From the NCBI GenBank assembly GCA_016700135.1, contig CP065004.1, positions 780,001 through 812,000 of the forward strand: 32,000 nucleotides of DNA, read 5' to 3'. Source of the stretch: Candidatus Saccharimonadota bacterium. Lineage in GTDB: Bacteria; Patescibacteriota; Microgenomatia; UBA1406; GWC2-37-13. Both the position numbers and the translations under genes were made by a program. Of this stretch, positions 24,449 to 32,000 are shown one piece after another. Position 1 is the first letter of the stretch. Each line of letters opens with the position of its first letter. The notes under the pieces were generated by a model. The model did not search any database, had not been told where the DNA came from, and saw nothing but the letters and a program-made list of their open reading frames with translations.

Positions 24449-25309
24449 TTACCATTTCCCGTCCGGATGTACAGTGAAAAATACATACTCAGGCAAGTCC
24501 TGACGTTGTACGGGAAGACCGGGAAGTGAAAAATATTCACAGCGAATTCCTGAATTGTCACCGTTTGAGCTTTGCCAGTTTGATCCCGGCTTGATGACCA
24601 CCGAAGAGAGGTGATACAACGGATCATAATGATGTGTGATCAGTGTGAGATACATTTCGCCGAGGCTCACCGGTAGAGTAGAGGTGACTGCAAACGGGTG
24701 TTCGGCAGAATCCCCCTGAACGGGACGCAAAAACTGCGATACGGCTTTCCGTACGCTGCCGTTTTGGGGCATATGAATCTCGGGACCGTCGGGATCGACT
24801 TCATAGAATTCTTCTTTATTGATATGTATCCCGAGTAAATCATAGTGGTCAGTGCAGCAGGGTCTTTGTCCTGGTCTCCATTGTACCGCACCCCGTGAAT
24901 CAGCAATGACAAAACCGTTTCCCGATACTTCAATGCAATGCCTCACTGCATCAAGAAGCTGATCTCCATGAGCTGCAAGAGAAGGGTCAAAGAGAGTAGT
25001 GAAGGGCATGTCCTGATCAATATGTACAGGCCGAGGCCCGTGATTTATGACATGTCCGATAAAGGTATTATCACCATTGTTGTGGAGTCCGGTCATATTT
25101 AAACCGATCTGTGCAAACCGGCTGCGGACACTGAAAAGGGGAAGCTGTGAAAGACAGGGGTTTTCACCTTGAAGTAAAATACTTGCCGATTTGCCCGGAT
25201 TTGTTGAAAACGGTTCAAGAAGTGTCTCCTCACAAACGACAAGATCGTGCTCACCGTAACGGTATCCGGATTCCTGACGTGCCTGTAGTAATTGCTCAAT
25301 GCGGGTCAT
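24449..25309 (-). CDS. dCTP-deaminase/dUTPase-fold protein (long DCD-like), function uncertain
   Basis: VRSRFAQIGLNMTGLHNNGDNTFIGHVINHGPRPVHIDQDMPFTTLF aligns by eye with E. coli Dcd [52 protein letters not shown]. There is no obvious counterpart of the LEF glutamate. It lies 9 nt upstream of pyrF. Confidence 0.5.
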   Translation of the reverse strand: MTRIEQLLQARQESGYRYGEHDLVVCEETLLEPFSTNPGKSASILLQGENPCLSQLPLFSVRSRFAQIGLNMTGLHNNGDNTFIGHVINHGPRPVHIDQDMPFTTLFDPSLAAHGDQLLDAVRHCIEVSGNGFVIADSRGAVQWRPGQRPCCTDHYDLLGIHINKEEFYEVDPDGPEIHMPQNGSVRKAVSQFLRPVQGDSAEHPFAVTSTLPVSLGEMYLTLITHHYDPLYHLSSVVIKPGSNWQSSNGDNSGIRCEYFSLPGLPVQRQDLPEYVFFTVHPDGKW

Positions 25310-25400
25310 CTTTCACTCTTATTATACCTCAGACTGAACTCAAAAAATAGTAATTTTCTGCAGCGCCTTTGTTGCTTTTTTCGCTATAATAGCTATATCC

Positions 25401-27254
25401 ATGGCTGAAGATACATATTCAAATAAACAGGTAGCACGACTTCTTCGAAACATTGCAGCAGCATATACTCTTATAGGAGACCCCACTTCAAAAGACGGGA
25501 AAGTTTCCCGCTTCCGCATTATTGCTTACGAAAAAGCGGCAGATGCCATCGAACACCTTTCACGTGAGATTCGTGACATCTGGCAGGAAGGGAAGCTCTA
25601 CAAAGTGCCGGGTATCGGTCCCGGTATCGGATCGGCGCTCGAAGAATTTTTTGAAAAAGGGGAATCATCTCATTTTAATCAGGTGCTGAAAGGAATACCG
25701 CCATCCGTTTTTAAGCTGATGGATGTGCCCGGTATTGGCCCCAAGAAAGCATTCCGCTTGATGATGCAGTTTGGGATAACTGATGAAGAAACCGTGATCG
25801 GTGATCTTCGAAATATTGCAAAAACCGGACAGATAGCAGAACTTGAAGGTTTCGGTCAAAAATCTCAGGACGATATTATTGAAGCACTGGACGTGTATGA
25901 AAGACGCGATAGGAGAGAGGAGCGCATGCCGTTGCCGTATGCATTTGAAGTTTCTGAAGAAATCTCAAAACATCTTGCAGAACTGAAAGAAGTACAGCAG
26001 ATAGATTTATTGGGATCTTTGCGCCGACGGGTATCAACAATCGGCGATATTGATATTTCAGTTATGGCGGAGATAGATGACTCGAAAAAAATAGTGGATC
26101 ATTTTCTTAAGTATCCGGGTAAACGATCTATTGAAGGAGCAGGTGATCGCAAAGCCTCAATCCTTGCGGCGGGCAATGTCCGTATGGATCTTCGTGTGCA
26201 GGAAAAGGAAAGTTACGGTTCTATGCTTCAGTATTTTACGGGAAGTAAAGCTCACAATATCAGACTTCGCGAGTATGCATTGAAAAAGGGATATTCCTTG
26301 TCCGAATACGGTTTGAAGGCTGCCCGCGGTACGAAATTGGAAGCAAAAGGCGAAGGAGTCACCAAGTCAAAACATCCGGACGGAGAAGAAATTTTGACGT
26401 TTGAAACGGAACAATCGTTATATGAATTCCTGGGGCTTCAGTACATTCCGCCTGAGATGCGGGAGGACACTGGAGAGATTGAACAAGCTAAATCGAAGCA
26501 ACTTCCTTCAATCATAGAATTGGATGATATTAAAGGTGATTTCCATATACACGGCTCGTATGATCTCAAGCCTTCGCATGATCTGGGTATAAACGGTTAC
26601 GATGAACTGGTAGAGAAAGGTGTCTCACTGGGATATTCGTACATCGGTTTTGCCGACCACAATCCGAAACAAAGCGGCTTGTCATCCGAAGAAATAAGTA
26701 CTATTATGAAAGACCGAAAAGAACACATAGATCAAATTCTTTCATCATCAAAAATACCATATTTTATCGGACTGGAAGTGGATATTCTGCCTTCAGGAGA
26801 AATCGCACTTCCTGAAAAGGCATTTGAATATGTGGACTACCTGATCGTTTCAGTACATAGTTCGTTTAGGATGCCGACTGAGGAGATGACTGCCCGCGTG
26901 CTTAAGGCACTTTCGTATCCGAAAGTACGTATCTTCGGTCATCCGACAGGACGTCTTCTCGGTTCTCGAGAAGGGATCGACGTCAACTGGGATCAGGTAT
27001 TCCGACATGTAGTTGAACATGATATCGCACTTGAAATCAATGCCGGTCCTTCAAGGCTTGATCTGCCCGATACTCTTGTCAGAGAAGCACAAGAAATGGG
27101 TGCCAAATTTATTATTGACACCGATGCGCATGCTGCATCAAACATGGATTGGATGAAATACGGTGTGTATGTAGCGCGTCGGGGTTGGCTTTCACCTACC
27201 CGAGTAGTGAATACATGGCCGTATGAAAAGTTTAAAAAGTGGATCATGTCATGA
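25401..27254 (+). CDS. polX: family X DNA polymerase with C-terminal PHP domain (PolX)
   Basis: HhH motifs (VPGIGPGIG, VPGIGPKKA), Pol-beta nucleotidyltransferase motif GSLRRRVSTIGDIDI, and PHP motifs DFHIHGSYD, ADHNP, HPTGRL and IDTDAH. Confidence 0.92.
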   Translation: MAEDTYSNKQVARLLRNIAAAYTLIGDPTSKDGKVSRFRIIAYEKAADAIEHLSREIRDIWQEGKLYKVPGIGPGIGSALEEFFEKGESSHFNQVLKGIPPSVFKLMDVPGIGPKKAFRLMMQFGITDEETVIGDLRNIAKTGQIAELEGFGQKSQDDIIEALDVYERRDRREERMPLPYAFEVSEEISKHLAELKEVQQIDLLGSLRRRVSTIGDIDISVMAEIDDSKKIVDHFLKYPGKRSIEGAGDRKASILAAGNVRMDLRVQEKESYGSMLQYFTGSKAHNIRLREYALKKGYSLSEYGLKAARGTKLEAKGEGVTKSKHPDGEEILTFETEQSLYEFLGLQYIPPEMREDTGEIEQAKSKQLPSIIELDDIKGDFHIHGSYDLKPSHDLGINGYDELVEKGVSLGYSYIGFADHNPKQSGLSSEEISTIMKDRKEHIDQILSSSKIPYFIGLEVDILPSGEIALPEKAFEYVDYLIVSVHSSFRMPTEEMTARVLKALSYPKVRIFGHPTGRLLGSREGIDVNWDQVFRHVVEHDIALEINAGPSRLDLPDTLVREAQEMGAKFIIDTDAHAASNMDWMKYGVYVARRGWLSPTRVVNTWPYEKFKKWIMS

Positions 27255-28030
27255 TCAGATTTATTCACATCTCAGACACTCATATCGGTCCTTCAAAAGA
27301 CTTTACATTACAGGGAGTACAGACTTTTCACCCGTTTGAAAAAGTACTTGAGGCGATTTCTTCTTTGCCTTTTACACCTGATTTTATCGTTCATACGGGA
27401 GATATAGCTGCCGATCCGGATGAAAAATCATATGCCTTGTTTCAATCAACGGTTCAGAATATGTCGATTCCTTTTTATTATGTGGCGGGAAATCATGATG
27501 ACAATGTGATGGTCAGAACGTTTTTGAACATGGGTGAAAAGACAGATCTGATGGCAAATAGAGTCGTGTATCATTTTGAGAAAAACGGACAAAGCTTTCT
27601 GGTACTGGACGGCCGGGGAGCCAGGGAAATCGATCCTCACGGAACGATTTCTGATGAACAGATTGAGATTATTGAAAAGGAATTGTCAAAGGATCAGCCG
27701 ATAACGGTTTTTATTCATTTTCCGCTTCTGCCGATGGATTGTCCGTGGATCGATCGCGATATGCTCCTTTTTGAAGGGGACCGGTTACATCAGCTTTTTG
27801 CGAAATACAAAGACAGGATTAACGGTGTTTTTTTCGGGCATGTGCATCGGGGAACAACTGTCCTAAAAGACGGAGTAAGGTATAGTTCGGTGGCCAGTAC
27901 GTGTCTGCAGTTCGGTTTATTGCCCGGACAAGAGAAGCCGACTTTTGAAGATCACAAGAGGGGATATTTTAATGTGGTGACTATTGATGACGGGAAGATG
28001 ATTGTGAGAGAAGAGAGTGTGCAATTGTAA
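27239..28030 (+). CDS. calcineurin-like metallophosphoesterase (CpdA-like)
   Basis: ISDTHIG, HTGDIA, GNHD, H....GHVH. It overlaps the polX stop by 16 nt. Confidence 0.85.
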   Translation: MDHVMIRFIHISDTHIGPSKDFTLQGVQTFHPFEKVLEAISSLPFTPDFIVHTGDIAADPDEKSYALFQSTVQNMSIPFYYVAGNHDDNVMVRTFLNMGEKTDLMANRVVYHFEKNGQSFLVLDGRGAREIDPHGTISDEQIEIIEKELSKDQPITVFIHFPLLPMDCPWIDRDMLLFEGDRLHQLFAKYKDRINGVFFGHVHRGTTVLKDGVRYSSVASTCLQFGLLPGQEKPTFEDHKRGYFNVVTIDDGKMIVREESVQL

Positions 28031-28044
28031 TACAGATTTGTGAT

Positions 28045-28072
28045 GTCATCCCGGGCTTGACCGCGATCCAGC
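28045..28072. repeat. solo half-copy related to the GTCATCCCG hairpin repeat family
   Basis: GTCATCCCGGGCTTGACCGCGATCCAGC shares the GTCATCCCG terminus and an internal GATCC. No convincing partner arm was found nearby. Confidence 0.35.
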
Positions 28073-28298
28073 TGTATACGCTTGTAATCGAAAATTTGTT
28101 CAGAAGTGAACTCGCCGATTTTTGTCAGCTTGAACATCCACTTCATTCACAAATTTTGGATACTTCGCTACATCGATAGATTTACCGCGCACCTCCCAAG
28201 TCGCAAAAAAATCGCAGAACTCGCGCATTTCAGTCAGTTAGAAATCCAGCCTAAGAGATATCAAAAACTATTAATTTCGTGGTATGATGTAACCAAAT

Positions 28299-29219
28299 AT
28301 GGCAAATCTTTCAGTTAGTCTCGCCGGAATTTCTCTTCAAAATCCCACCATACTAGCCTCAGGAATTATGGGAGTAAGCGCTTCGTCATTGAAATTTGTA
28401 GAAGAACACGGTGCTGGAGCTGTGACGATGAAATCAATCGGGCCGACTGACCGAACGGGCCATAAAAATCCGACAGTGTATTCGTGGGGAGAGGGGATTA
28501 CGAATGCCGTAGGGCTTTCCAATCCCGGAGCAGAGGAAGGCGCAGCGCACCTTGAAGAAATGAAAAAAATTCTTCATATCCCGGTTATCGCGAGTTGTTT
28601 TGCCGATACGGTCGATAATATTGCTAAAGTGGCTGAAAAACTTTTAGAAAAAGAGCCGTTAGCACTTGAATTAAATCTATCCTGTCCGAATACTGAGGAT
28701 GATTTCGGTTGTATGTTTGCAATGGATCCTCGTGTCACTGAACGGGCGGTTACACTTGTGAAAAAAACCAGCGGCAAGACGAAAATTTTTGTGAAACTTT
28801 CACCTGATGCTTCGAATATTGTTACTGTCGCAAAAGCGGCGGAAGCTGCAGGAGCAGACGGAATTACAGCCATTAATACGCTGTCCGGGCTTATTATTGA
28901 TATCCATACTAAGCGACCGATTTTGAAAAATACATTCGGCGGTTTGTCGGGTCCAGCGATCAGACCGGTAGGTGTTCGGGCGGTTTACAATCTGTATGAA
29001 GCCGTTAAAATTCCGATTATCGGGACGGGAGGCATTAATACTGGTGAGGATGCGATAGAGTACATTATGGCCGGAGCAACGGCCGTCGGGATCGGTTCGG
29101 GAGTGTATTACCGGGGTATTGATGTTTTCGGAAAAGTGACTGAGGAGATGGAGAATTTTATGGATCAGAACGGTTATAAATCGTTGGAGGAGATGAGAGG
29201 GATTGCACATAAATGTTAG
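28299..29219 (+). CDS. pyrD: dihydroorotate dehydrogenase, class 1B catalytic subunit
   Basis: NPTILASG, GAVTMKSIG, LNLSCPN, ITAINT, GGLSGPAIRPV, IIGTGGI. Confidence 0.93.
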   Translation: MANLSVSLAGISLQNPTILASGIMGVSASSLKFVEEHGAGAVTMKSIGPTDRTGHKNPTVYSWGEGITNAVGLSNPGAEEGAAHLEEMKKILHIPVIASCFADTVDNIAKVAEKLLEKEPLALELNLSCPNTEDDFGCMFAMDPRVTERAVTLVKKTSGKTKIFVKLSPDASNIVTVAKAAEAAGADGITAINTLSGLIIDIHTKRPILKNTFGGLSGPAIRPVGVRAVYNLYEAVKIPIIGTGGINTGEDAIEYIMAGATAVGIGSGVYYRGIDVFGKVTEEMENFMDQNGYKSLEEMRGIAHKC

Positions 29220-29339
29220 GGCACGTTGTTGTGTTCCAGATTCCGCCCTCGCTTTATCCTCCCGCCAGTGCTCATTCCATTGCGCGCTGTCGGGAACCCT
29301 CCAGCTCGGCCACCTGTTCCGCGAAAATAAATCAAGTCT

Positions 29340-30155
29340 ATGAAAAAAATTGACAAACCATTAGCATTGCCGATACAAAAAATAATCACGGAAAGTGAGA
29401 GAGTGAAGACGTATGTTTTTGATTATGATTTTCCGGGAGAGCCGGGACAATTTGTGATGTGCTGGATTCCGGGTTTTGATGAGAAGCCGTTTGGCATTAT
29501 CAAAAAAGAGGGTAAGGGATTTCGGATCTCTGTTGCGGCAGTCGGCGACAGCACAAAAGCCATGCATATGATGGAAGAGGGAGATTTGCTCGGATTCAGA
29601 GGGCCGTACGGATCCGTATTTGTACTCCCTGAAAAAGGAAAACAGATCGCAATGGTTGCAGGCGGATACGGAATGGTGCCGTTGTCGTATTTGGCACAGG
29701 AAGCCCGGAAAAAAGAGTATAAAGTACATCTTTTCATCGGAGCCCGGAACAAACAGGAATTACTGTTTAAAGAGTGGATGGAGGAGATCGGAGTCCTGGT
29801 TCACGCCTCGACGGATGACGGATCGGAAGGATACAAAGGCTTCAATACCGATCTTTTCAAATCAAATGCTGAGAAAGAAAGTTACGACAAAGTCTACACG
29901 GTCGGTCCGGAAATTATGGAACTGAAGATCGCACAAATTTGCTGGGAAAAAAATATTCCGTTTGAAGTCTCACTTGAACGATATATGAAATGCGGATTCG
30001 GCATTTGCGGACAATGCAGTGTCGATCCCACAGGCTGGCGTATGTGTGTCGAGGGACCGGTAATTGACGGAGAGAAGTTGAAGAAGATCGAGGAATTCGG
30101 TAAATATCACCGGACAGCCTCCGGCAAGGTAGAGAAATATCCCTGGGTGAAATAG
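29340..30155 (+). CDS. pyrK: dihydroorotate dehydrogenase electron-transfer subunit
   Basis: FNR-like fold (PGQFVM, GPYG, VAGGYGMVPL) and the C-terminal 2Fe-2S motif MKCGFGICGQCSV. Confidence 0.9.
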   Translation: MKKIDKPLALPIQKIITESERVKTYVFDYDFPGEPGQFVMCWIPGFDEKPFGIIKKEGKGFRISVAAVGDSTKAMHMMEEGDLLGFRGPYGSVFVLPEKGKQIAMVAGGYGMVPLSYLAQEARKKEYKVHLFIGARNKQELLFKEWMEEIGVLVHASTDDGSEGYKGFNTDLFKSNAEKESYDKVYTVGPEIMELKIAQICWEKNIPFEVSLERYMKCGFGICGQCSVDPTGWRMCVEGPVIDGEKLKKIEEFGKYHRTASGKVEKYPWVK

Positions 30156-30206
30156 ACAGCGTTTTGATGTATTTGGGATACGCTTTCAGAGCATTATACT
30201 TACTTC

Positions 30207-31523
30207 ATGAAAATATACGGTGAACAAACGAACCATGCCCTTGAGAACTTTCCATTCGATGTGCCAAAAGTTTCACTTGAGCTGGTGTATGCGATCACAG
30301 TCATAAAAAAGGCAGCAGCGAGTGCTCATCATAAGGTGAATGAGCTTGATACGAAACGTAAAGATGCAATCATCACAGCCTGTGATGAGATACTGGCCGG
30401 GAAACACGATGACCAGTTCCCGGTATCCTCACTTCAGGGTGGAGCGGGAACTTCGATCAACATGAATGTGAATGAAGTGATTGCCTCAAGAGCTTCGGAA
30501 CTAGCTAAAACTTCCGTTCATCCGAATGATCATGTCAATATGGGTCAATCTACCAATGACGTCAATCCTACGGCTTTGCGGATTGTCTGTCTCGAGCTCT
30601 CCCATACATTGATGGAAAAACTGAAGAAACTTTCAAAAGCATATGATAAAAAAATAAAACTGTACGGTCATGTCAAAAAGCTTGCACGTACGCATATGCA
30701 GGATGCCATTCCGACCACGGTCGGTTCAGAAATCGGAGCGTGGAAGGGGACTGTTGACCGCGATATCCGCCGGCTTACCGAGTTTCAACCCTATTTGTAT
30801 GAAATACATTTAGGCGGTACGGCAATCGGAAGCGGTATGAATGCCTCACGCCAATTCAGGAGAGAACTGTATAAAGAACTTAATAAATTGGTGAAGGATT
30901 CGGGCATCCGATTTAAACCGGCCGAAAATATGTTTTCCTTCACCTCTACAACGTCTGATTTTGTCCATCTCAGTAATCTTATTACACTTCTGGCCGGTGA
31001 TCTGTCAAAAATCGCACATGATATTCGTTTTTTAACCAGCGGACCCCGCGGAGGAATAGGGGAATATATATTGCAGCCTCTGCAAAAAGGATCTTCCATT
31101 ATGCCGGGGAAAGTCAATCCTGTCATACCTGAAGTTATGAATCAAATTTATTACCAGATATCAGGCAAAAATCTGGCGGTGCAGATGGCCAATGAGACTT
31201 CGGATCTTCAGCTTGCCGTCATGTTCCCGACTGTTGCTGATTCAGTGATAACTTCTTTCAAATTGCTTATTGTAGGCGTGGATCAATTCACGGAAAAGTG
31301 TATCAGGGGGCTCACAGTAGATCCCGAAACCTGTCGGAACCATCTTGAAAGCTCGACTGCCTATTCGACGCTTTTAGTGCCGATCCTGGGGTATGACAAA
31401 GTCGCCGAAGTCGTAAAGAAAACGATACAATCTGGAAAAGGTTTCAGACAGGTGCTGCTGGAAGATAAGATTATTGGAGAACGGGAACTTGAGAACCTCT
31501 TATCGGGCTTCACGGTAGAATAG
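30207..31523 (+). CDS. aspA: aspartate ammonia-lyase (fumarase/aspartase family)
   Basis: QGGAGTSINMNVNEV, NPNDHVNMGQSTND, RTHMQDAIPTTVG, and the signature GSSIMPGKVNPVIPEV. The VIPEV variant matches AspA rather than FumC. Confidence 0.82.
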   Translation: MKIYGEQTNHALENFPFDVPKVSLELVYAITVIKKAAASAHHKVNELDTKRKDAIITACDEILAGKHDDQFPVSSLQGGAGTSINMNVNEVIASRASELAKTSVHPNDHVNMGQSTNDVNPTALRIVCLELSHTLMEKLKKLSKAYDKKIKLYGHVKKLARTHMQDAIPTTVGSEIGAWKGTVDRDIRRLTEFQPYLYEIHLGGTAIGSGMNASRQFRRELYKELNKLVKDSGIRFKPAENMFSFTSTTSDFVHLSNLITLLAGDLSKIAHDIRFLTSGPRGGIGEYILQPLQKGSSIMPGKVNPVIPEVMNQIYYQISGKNLAVQMANETSDLQLAVMFPTVADSVITSFKLLIVGVDQFTEKCIRGLTVDPETCRNHLESSTAYSTLLVPILGYDKVAEVVKKTIQSGKGFRQVLLEDKIIGERELENLLSGFTVE

Positions 31524-32000
31524 ATTTTTCTGAATATTCTGCTTGAGTACAAAAGATTCTTCATTCGTCAAAAATCCGTCTTCGAGTGTCGTTAGATCTC
31601 CGACGATCGTGGAACAGCTTTCAGATGTTCCCGGCATGTTGTTTTCGTCATAAAACAGCATCCTCAGCTGCTGCATATTTCTCAGTTCGGGATCCTGCAT
31701 GGTAACGATTGAAAATTGTGTACGTGCAGGTAATTGTGACTCCCTCCGGGGGCTCGAATGGAAGGCGGCAACCCCGAATGATTCATGGTAATCAGTCAGC
31801 ATAAGGCCGGAATAGACACCCGTATAATCGAACGGACAAAATAATTCGGTTTGTTGAGGGACATACTTACCGTTTTTTGGTATGTAGAGCTGCCCTTTGT
31901 ATATACCGACATCATCCAATAAACACTGTTCATGAGCGACTGTGGCAAGATTGTACAGCAAAGGTCCGATCCCCTCCATTGTGTGAAGTGCCGGTGCCAC
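31500..32000 (-). CDS. hypothetical protein; N-terminus probably off the right edge (partial)
   Basis: The ORF is open to the window edge and overlaps the aspA stop by 24 nt (convergent). I recognise no motif. Confidence 0.55.
   Translation of the reverse strand: MAPALHTMEGIGPLLYNLATVAHEQCLLDDVGIYKGQLYIPKNGKYVPQQTELFCPFDYTGVYSGLMLTDYHESFGVAAFHSSPRRESQLPARTQFSIVTMQDPELRNMQQLRMLFYDENNMPGTSESCSTIVGDLTTLEDGFLTNEESFVLKQNIQKNLFYREAR

Noticed and set aside
28106-28318. 70-aa ORF in the spacer upstream of pyrD
   Set aside because: It has no RBS or motif and overlaps the pyrD start. The spacer is better explained by the solo repeat arm and a possible extended -10 (TGGTATGAT, 28280-28288).
4379-29268. 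Shared motif CCTCC(C)CGCCAG at 4379-4390 and 29258-29268, and GGGAA..CTCCAG at about 4286 and 29294, considered as evidence of another repeat family
   Set aside because: Matches of 11-12 nt are expected by chance in 32 kb, and the motifs are not collinear between the two loci.
29220-29329. 36-codon open frame continuing in phase after the pyrD TAG stop, considered as possible read-through or recoding
   Set aside because: The stretch is GC-rich, so the absence of stops is expected. The Pro/Arg-rich peptide has no PyrD-like C-terminal similarity, and PyrD is already full length.
1-32000. Alternative genetic code, such as the UGA recoding seen in some candidate phyla
   Set aside because: All conserved genes (dnaB, polX, pyrD, udk, aspA and others) are full length under the standard bacterial code, with no in-frame UGA required.

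Overview
This is a 32-kb chromosomal segment from a compact, tightly packed, moderately AT-rich bacterial genome. Its style resembles Patescibacteria/CPR, but that is an inference, not a test. All product calls come from motif recognition by eye; no BLAST or HMM search was possible. I support about 33 CDS, 2 pseudogenes and 2 canonical tRNAs. Housekeeping genes include dnaB, a PolX polymerase, hsp20, a SpoU/TrmH methyltransferase, PAP2, rtcB-like and aspA-like. There is an extended pyrimidine block: cytosine-deaminase-like, udk, a Urc1-like GTP-cyclohydrolase-II homologue, HAD, PfkB, pyrF, a dCTP-deaminase-fold protein, pyrD and pyrK. One IS481-like insertion sequence is present. No rRNA or CRISPR array was seen. 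Five observations deserve a second look. (1) Both tRNA genes, Thr-GGU and Leu-CAA, sit inside the split halves of a second tRNA-like gene whose acceptor strands are perfectly complementary, giving two nested tRNAs in one window. (2) A hairpin-forming dispersed repeat family occurs in three forms: with a GIY-YIG nuclease ORF in its loop, as a 69-bp ORF-less intergenic copy, and as a 48-bp in-frame insertion inside the trmH-like gene. (3) A single roughly 60% GC gene for a Pro/Thr-linker surface protein lies in a roughly 43-45% GC background beside the tRNA locus, which suggests foreign origin. (4) A divergent operon pair looks like a bacterial URC-type pyrimidine-nucleoside breakdown and salvage cluster. 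(5) An argG relic is broken by three poly(A)-tract frameshifts and a 3' truncation.
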